Shown here piece by piece: positions 58,592 to 64,000 of a DNA stretch of 64,000 nucleotides. Positions within the stretch are counted from its first letter, which is position 1. Each line of letters opens with the position of its first letter. Source of the stretch: Acidimicrobiales bacterium (GTDB lineage Bacteria; Actinomycetota; Acidimicrobiia; Acidimicrobiales; QHCF01); contig JAVKSQ010000002.1 in assembly GCA_039583615.1 (NCBI GenBank), positions 32,346 through 96,345 on the forward strand, given 5' to 3'. The position numbers and the translations under genes were made by a program. The notes under the pieces were generated by a model. It was not told the origin of the DNA. It did no database searches and was given only the letters and a program-made list of their open reading frames with translations.

Positions 58592-60917
58592 CCCGGTCCC
58601 GTCTCAGCCGGCCCCGTATGGACTGGCCCCGCCCCGGCCCGCCCACCAGGGGCCCGGCGCTGAGCATCCAGCGGAGGCGCTGAGGCACCGAGGCGCGGGC
58701 TCGCAGGGCGGTCTCCACGTCGGCGGCGGCCGCCACCGACGCCTCGACGGCAGCCTCCGGGACCGCGTCGGGCCCGTAGCTGGCCGCTCCCGCGTTTCGA
58801 GCCAGCAGATCGAGAGCTCGGGAGGGCTCGCCGTCCAGGCGGCCCACCAGCGAGGCGCGCGCCGCGTGCTCCTCGAAGGTCTCGGCCGGCCGCCGGGTGG
58901 CACCCACCATGGCCAGGGCCTCGGCCGCTTCGTTCCAGGCGACCAGGACTCGCTCGGCCCCGCTGACCACCGAGTGCCGGCGGTACCAGCGCCGGAGCCG
59001 CTTGGCCACCGGGACGGTACCGATTGCGGCCACCAGGACCAGGGCCAGACCGAGGGCGAGCAACAGGTGCCCAGCCAGATGTCCGGGGGCCGCCCCGGAG
59101 CGTGCGACCGGGGGTCGACGGGATTGCGGATTGGACCGGGGGGTCAGCGGGGCCGGCCCCCCAGCCGGGACCGCCCGGTTGGCCACGGTGGTCGACGGAG
59201 CGGGAGCCGGCGGGCTGGCCTGGGCCGGTGCCACCCCGGTGTAGTCCTGGGCGCCTGGTTGGCCTCGACCGGGCGTCGGCTCGAAGGAGACCCAGCCGGC
59301 ACTGCCGATGTGCACCTCGGGCCAGGCATGGGCGTCCAATCCCAGCACGTGGTACCGGCCGTCAGCCCCCAGGTCTCCCTGGGTGAAGCCGACGGCGACT
59401 CGAGACGGCAATCCCACCATGCGGGCCATCACCGCATAGGCGGCGGCAAACTGCTCGCAGTAGCCCGTCCTGGTCTGGGTGAGGAAGCTGACCAGGGCAC
59501 TGTCGCTGTGGCCGGGCGGCACTTGGGTGCTGTACTTGAAGCTCCCTCCCCGGAAGAAGCGTTGGAGGGCAAGGGCCTTGCCATAGGCGGTCGTCTGGCC
59601 GGCCACCGCGGCCCGAGCGAGCCTGCCCACGACGGGCGGGACGTCGGTGGGAAGAGCCAGGAAGGAAGCGGGGTGGAAGCTGGGTGGCCCGTTCCCGGTG
59701 GAGGCCAGGATCGCTGGGGTGAGGCGGGGAACGCTCGACGTCACCTGGTAGGTCAGGCCGTCGGACGTGGGCGAGGAGCCGATGATGCTGCCCGAGCCGG
59801 AGTTGTAGCTCGTACCTGCCACCCCGCTGAGCTGCACCGGCTGGTAGGCGGCCGGGAGCCAGGCACTGGCCAGGTTCGAGACATGGAAGTCCTGCACGAC
59901 CGCGTCGCTGGGGGCTGAGGTGGATACGGCGGGCAGCCGGGTGCCGGGCACCGGCTGGTAGGCGTCGCTGGACGACCAGACGTTGCCGTCGAAGCTGTCG
60001 AGCGACGTGAGCCGCCAGTAGGCCGGTTCGGACGACGCCACGCTGAGCACCTCCACGTTGGCCTGGCGGACGAGGCGGTCCCGGATGTCCACCAGCGGGT
60101 TGACGGTGACTCGGGGGTTGGGCTGGGCGCGGTCGTGGTGGTGCCAGTCGAGCAGAGGGGCAGCCCCTGCGCCCGGCAGGTGGGGGCCGATGAGGCTGGC
60201 TGCCACCAGGGCGGTGGCCCCCAGCACCAGGGCCCCACGGGCCAGAGCGGCCGCTCCAGGGAGGGTCCGGCTGGTGAACCAGGCAGTGGCGACCCTGGCC
60301 TTGTCGGCCTCGTGGACGACGACGAAGACCATCAGGGCGGCCACGTAGCCGGCCATGGCCAGTGCCCGGCCGCCCGGCTGGCCCAGGGCGGCGGTGAACA
60401 GCACGATGGTGAAGGACGGTATGAGCGCCTCCAGCGTGCCCCCGGTACGAAATGCCGCCCAGTCGGCCAGCGTGGCTGCCATGCCCAGGCTGCCCATGGC
60501 GACCAGCAGGAGGCCCCCGGTAGCTGGGGCCGGGGCGGTCAGCTGAGCGAAGTCGTGCCGGGCTTGGGAGGTGGCCGCGCCCAGGGCGTGCAGCGTGCCC
60601 GACCACGGCATGCCGTAGACGGTGCTGTGGGGCACCACCACCCAGACCACGGCCAGGGCCAGGCCCAGGCCCGACAGCGCAAGGCTGGACGCGGTCCCCA
60701 GTCGGAGGCGCCGCCCGGCGTAGGCCAGCCCGTGGCCCACCAGCACGGCGGCCATCACCGGGGGGAGGAACCTGGTCCCGGAGAACAGCCGGGCCATGCC
60801 GCCCGCCACCGTCAGGGTCACCGCACCCAGGGCGATGGTGGCGGGCAGGGCCGAGGGGGGAGGCTGTCCCCGAGACGGAGGGTGCCGACGACCCCGGGGA
60901 GCGGGGGCCCTGCTCAT
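58575..60917 (-). CDS. Transglutaminase-like (TgpA/DUF3488) membrane protein
   Basis: Multiple TM segments, YWR, GYCEQFA, AHAWPE and FEPTP. Confidence 0.92.
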   Translation of the reverse strand: MSRAPAPRGRRHPPSRGQPPPSALPATIALGAVTLTVAGGMARLFSGTRFLPPVMAAVLVGHGLAYAGRRLRLGTASSLALSGLGLALAVVWVVVPHSTVYGMPWSGTLHALGAATSQARHDFAQLTAPAPATGGLLLVAMGSLGMAATLADWAAFRTGGTLEALIPSFTIVLFTAALGQPGGRALAMAGYVAALMVFVVVHEADKARVATAWFTSRTLPGAAALARGALVLGATALVAASLIGPHLPGAGAAPLLDWHHHDRAQPNPRVTVNPLVDIRDRLVRQANVEVLSVASSEPAYWRLTSLDSFDGNVWSSSDAYQPVPGTRLPAVSTSAPSDAVVQDFHVSNLASAWLPAAYQPVQLSGVAGTSYNSGSGSIIGSSPTSDGLTYQVTSSVPRLTPAILASTGNGPPSFHPASFLALPTDVPPVVGRLARAAVAGQTTAYGKALALQRFFRGGSFKYSTQVPPGHSDSALVSFLTQTRTGYCEQFAAAYAVMARMVGLPSRVAVGFTQGDLGADGRYHVLGLDAHAWPEVHIGSAGWVSFEPTPGRGQPGAQDYTGVAPAQASPPAPAPSTTVANRAVPAGGPAPLTPRSNPQSRRPPVARSGAAPGHLAGHLLLALGLALVLVAAIGTVPVAKRLRRWYRRHSVVSGAERVLVAWNEAAEALAMVGATRRPAETFEEHAARASLVGRLDGEPSRALDLLARNAGAASYGPDAVPEAAVEASVAAAADVETALRARASVPQRLRWMLSAGPLVGGPGRGQSIRGRLRRDRVTPGA

Positions 60918-62287
60918 CGTCGATGCCTTCCCGGGCTCAGAGGCTCTCCCGGGCTCAGAGGCTGTCCCGGGCTCAGAGGCTCTCCCGGGCTCAGAGGCTG
61001 TCCCGGGCTCCCAGCCCCCGCCGGCTCCCCGGTTCCACCGGGCAACGGGGACCGCTGGGCGCGGCCGACCGCCAGGTTCCAGGCCAGCGGGAAGGGAGCC
61101 TCCTCGCCCACCCGCACGGTGACGACCTCCCGGGGCAGGGCCGGGAGCGGACCCGGGCGGCGAGCGCCGGGCGGGACCTTCGTCTCGACCAGCACCAGGA
61201 TGACCAGCCCGTACCGGCTGCGCAGTTGGACCATCTGGTGCAGGTCGGCCGGGGAGGCGGCGACGGTCGTCACCACGACCAGTGAGCCCCCGGTTCTCGG
61301 CCGGCCCAGCATGGCGGCGGTGGCGTCCAGCTCGGACCGTCGGCTGAGGCTGGCCTCGGTGAGGCTGGCCTCGGTGACAGGGGCCTCGGTGAGGGTGGCC
61401 TCGGCCAACCTGGTCAACATGGAGTCGAGGTGGACCGGCCCCGATCGGGCGCCAGAGTCCACTCCGGCGCTGGTGACCAGGCGCACGGGGGTGCGCTGGG
61501 CGGCTGCGGCGGCGACCACGCTGGCCGCCACCGACAGCCCCACCTCGAGCGAGGTGGGGCTGTGCACCATCTTGCGAAGGTCGACGGCCACCGTCACCCC
61601 TCCCTGCCAGGGAGCCTCGTCCTGGCGGATCAGGAGGTCGCCGGTCCGGGCACTGGATGGCCAGTGGACCCTTCGCAGGTCGTCGCCCGCGTCGTAGGGG
61701 CGCAGCGTGTAGAAGTCCTCTCCCCGGTGGCCGAGGAAGGAACGGGAGTCGCCGGCGGCCCGAATGTGGTCGCCCCGGCTCTGGGGGGGGTGGGCGATGG
61801 GATCGACCCGGGGATAGACGACGAGACTGGCCTTGCCGGCCGCCCCGGACGACGAAGCGGCCAGCCCGAACGGGTCCTGCAGCTCGAGTTGCATCGGTCC
61901 GACGGCGAAGACGCCCCGGCGGTCGGACGGGAGGCGGTAGGCGGCGCGGGCTGCCTCGCCGGGGTCCAGGGGGGCGAGGAGGAACCGGGCGGAGCGGCGG
62001 CCACCGTCGAAGGGGTCACGGACCAGGACCAGCGGAGAGCGGCGGTCGGCCTGATTGCGCACTCGCAGCTCGGCGCGGCACGGCTGGCCGGTGTGGACCC
62101 GTGGCGGGTGCAACGAACGGGTCCCGACCAGCTGGTAGCGCCCCAGGCGAACCCAGGCCACCGCCGCCACCACCAGGGCGCCCGCCGCGGTGGACAGCAC
62201 GTAGAGCTCGACCAGGCCCAGGAGCCGACCGACCAGGGCCAACACGATGGAGGCACCGGCCCACAGCCAGCCCCGCCGGGTGGGCAA
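60914..62287 (-). CDS. DUF58 domain protein
   Basis: DPFGL, VYPR and LRPYDAGDDLRRVHWPSSAR. Confidence 0.93.
   Translation of the reverse strand: MPTRRGWLWAGASIVLALVGRLLGLVELYVLSTAAGALVVAAVAWVRLGRYQLVGTRSLHPPRVHTGQPCRAELRVRNQADRRSPLVLVRDPFDGGRRSARFLLAPLDPGEAARAAYRLPSDRRGVFAVGPMQLELQDPFGLAASSSGAAGKASLVVYPRVDPIAHPPQSRGDHIRAAGDSRSFLGHRGEDFYTLRPYDAGDDLRRVHWPSSARTGDLLIRQDEAPWQGGVTVAVDLRKMVHSPTSLEVGLSVAASVVAAAAAQRTPVRLVTSAGVDSGARSGPVHLDSMLTRLAEATLTEAPVTEASLTEASLSRRSELDATAAMLGRPRTGGSLVVVTTVAASPADLHQMVQLRSRYGLVILVLVETKVPPGARRPGPLPALPREVVTVRVGEEAPFPLAWNLAVGRAQRSPLPGGTGEPAGAGSPGQPLSPGEPLSPGQPLSPGEPLSPGRHRR
60929..61010. repeat. 18-bp tandem repeat x4.5 (TCCCGGGCTCAGAGGCTS)
   Basis: Directly visible; alternating variants give a 36-bp super-unit; encodes an SPG(E/Q)PL tail. 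Confidence 0.93.
61345..61404. repeat. 15-bp tandem repeat x4 (TGAGGCTGGCCTCGG, imperfect)
   Basis: Directly visible; encodes EATLT/EAPVT/EASLT. Confidence 0.88.
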
Positions 62288-62293
62288 GCTCGT

Positions 62294-63280
62294 CTACCTC
62301 GGGGCTGATTTCCCGGTGGGCACGGGGACCCGGGCCAGCACCTCGCCGATGACCTCCAGCGTCTGGACGCCGCTCAGCTGGGCGCTGGAGGTGAGGCTGA
62401 GCCGGTGCTCGAGCACCGGACCGGCCACCAGCTTGACGTCGTCGGGGACCAGGTAGGCACGTCCCTCGGCCGCTGCCCTCGCCCGGGCCGCCCGCTGGAT
62501 GGCCAGCACCGCCCGGGGCGACATCCCCAGGGCCAACGCCTGATGCGACCTGGTGGTCTCGGCCAGGTCGATGATGTAGCCCTTGATGGCCGGGGCCACG
62601 AAGACGGCTTGGGCGACCTCGACCATGGCGGCCACATCGGCCGGCCCGGCGACCGGGGCCAGGTTGTCGATCACACTGCCGGCGGACTGGGTGTCGAGCA
62701 TGGCCAGCTCGGCCCGTCGGGCCGGATAGCCCATGTGGATGCGCATGAGGAAGCGGTCCAGCTGGCTCTCGGGCAGCGGGTAGGTCCCCTCGTGCTCGAT
62801 CGGGTTCTGAGTGGCGATGACCATGAAGGGAGAGGGCAGGCGGTAGGTGGTGGTGTCGACCGTCACCTGGCCCTCCTCCATGGCCTCGAGCAGGGCGGAT
62901 TGGGTCTTGGGAGAGGCCCGGTTGATCTCGTCGCCCAGCACGACGTTGGCGAAGACTCCCCCGGGGCGGAACTCGAAGCTCTCCTTGGAGCGGCTGTAGA
63001 CGTTGACGCCGGTCACGTCGGAGGGCAGCAGGTCCGGGGTGAACTGGATTCGCTGGCACCGGCAGTCGAGGGAGGCAGCGATGGACTTGGCCAGGCTGGT
63101 CTTGCCCACGCCCGGGACGTCCTCGATGAGCAGATGGCCCTGGGCCACCAGGCAGACCAGGGCCAGACGGATGGCCTGGTCCTGACCCTGGATGGCCTGC
63201 TCGACGTTCTCGACGATCGACTCGAACAGCTTGGCGAAGTCGAGGTCGCGTCGAGCCGCCGATCTTTGCTGCCTGGCCAT
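62294..63280 (-). CDS. moxR: MoxR family AAA+ ATPase
   Basis: EDVPGVGKT, RIQFTPDLLPSD, DEINRASPKTQSALLEAM and LPESQLDRF. Confidence 0.96.
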   Translation of the reverse strand: MARQQRSAARRDLDFAKLFESIVENVEQAIQGQDQAIRLALVCLVAQGHLLIEDVPGVGKTSLAKSIAASLDCRCQRIQFTPDLLPSDVTGVNVYSRSKESFEFRPGGVFANVVLGDEINRASPKTQSALLEAMEEGQVTVDTTTYRLPSPFMVIATQNPIEHEGTYPLPESQLDRFLMRIHMGYPARRAELAMLDTQSAGSVIDNLAPVAGPADVAAMVEVAQAVFVAPAIKGYIIDLAETTRSHQALALGMSPRAVLAIQRAARARAAAEGRAYLVPDDVKLVAGPVLEHRLSLTSSAQLSGVQTLEVIGEVLARVPVPTGKSAPR

Positions 63281-63303
63281 CTGCTCACTCTAGGGTACGG
63301 CCG

Positions 63304-64000
63304 ATGGCTCTCTGCCTCGCCGTTGACGTCGGCGGCACCAAGCTGGCCGCCGGGCTGGTGGACGACGGTGGGCAGCTGGTGGCCGGCGAGCAGGTGGCCA
63401 CCCCGGGCGGCGGAGACGCCGAGAGCGTCTTCTCCGCCCTGGTGGAGCTGGCCAGGCAGGTGTGCAGCGACGCCCGCGACCGCCCTGCCCAGCCGGCCGA
63501 GAGCCTGGTGTGCTGCGGGGTCGGGTGCGGGGGGCCCATGACCGGCGACACGGTGTCGCCGCTCAACATCGGGGCGTGGCGGTCCTTTCCCCTCCGGGCC
63601 AGGTTGGCTGAGGCCACCGGTCTGGCCACCTTCGTCGACAACGACGCCAAGGCGCTGGCCCTGGGCGAGGGCTGGCTGGGTGCGGCGGCCGGCAGGCGAG
63701 ACTACCTGGCCATGGTCGTGTCGACCGGGGTGGGAGCCGGGATCGTGCTGGACGGCCGGCTGCTCGACGGCAGGACCGGCAATGCCGGCCACATCGGCCA
63801 CGTGGTGGTCGTGCCGGACGGGCGCCCCTGCCGCTGCGGCGGGCGCGGTTGCCTGGAGGCCGAGGCGGCTGGACCGGCCATCGCCTCCGCCACCGGTCTG
63901 CCGGCCAGCCAGGCCGACCAGGCGGTGGTGGCCAGGACCGGGCGCCTGGTGGGCCGGGCGGTGGCCTCGGCGGCGAACCTGCTGGACCTTGACCTGGCCG
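63304..64000 (+). CDS. ROK family sugar kinase (runs off the window)
   Basis: Not in the ORF track. Translates MALCLAVDVGGTKLAAG, VDNDAKALALGE, STGVGAG and GHIGH...CRCGGRGCLE. Confidence 0.93.
   Translation, partial: MALCLAVDVGGTKLAAGLVDDGGQLVAGEQVATPGGGDAESVFSALVELARQVCSDARDRPAQPAESLVCCGVGCGGPMTGDTVSPLNIGAWRSFPLRARLAEATGLATFVDNDAKALALGEGWLGAAAGRRDYLAMVVSTGVGAGIVLDGRLLDGRTGNAGHIGHVVVVPDGRPCRCGGRGCLEAEAAGPAIASATGLPASQADQAVVARTGRLVGRAVASAANLLDLDLA

Noticed and set aside
58575-63280. moxR-DUF58-transglutaminase triad as a novel system
   Set aside because: A widespread, already described gene triad; nothing unusual here apart from the repeats.

Overview
High-GC actinobacterial chromosome segment. 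Bpa proteasome activator, actinobacterial-type LexA boxes, a GlnR-type box and many leaderless genes point to Actinomycetota; Acidimicrobiia is my inference. The left ~8 kb looks accessory: a truncated MutS-related gene, a DUF6062-like Cys-rich gene, an ars operon with a decayed arsI/cadI, a MarR-MFS-hpnR unit and vapBC. The rest is mostly housekeeping or stress genes: ileS, dksA-like/lspA/rluD, a group-2 sigma factor, rpiB, thiC with TPP riboswitch, an MprAB-like pair facing a LolA-like/ABC exporter, gabD, rrf2, bpa, dnaE, dapF-hflX-dapC-dapD-dapE, lexA/LysM, pfk, narK, ltaE, pxpABC, fur, dinB, moxR-DUF58-transglutaminase and a ROK kinase. I saw no tRNA, rRNA, CRISPR array or transposase, and I cannot claim a proven new system. 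The best leads are: (1) about ten unrelated in-frame tandem duplications, mostly with a 15-bp unit; (2) an atypical TPP riboswitch with an enlarged L5 that contains the upstream kinase stop codon; (3) a hopanoid C-3 methylase apparently in a MarR-controlled efflux operon; (4) DapF with Ser at the first catalytic Cys; (5) the MutS-related/DUF6062 divergon. All family calls come from motif recognition, not database searches.
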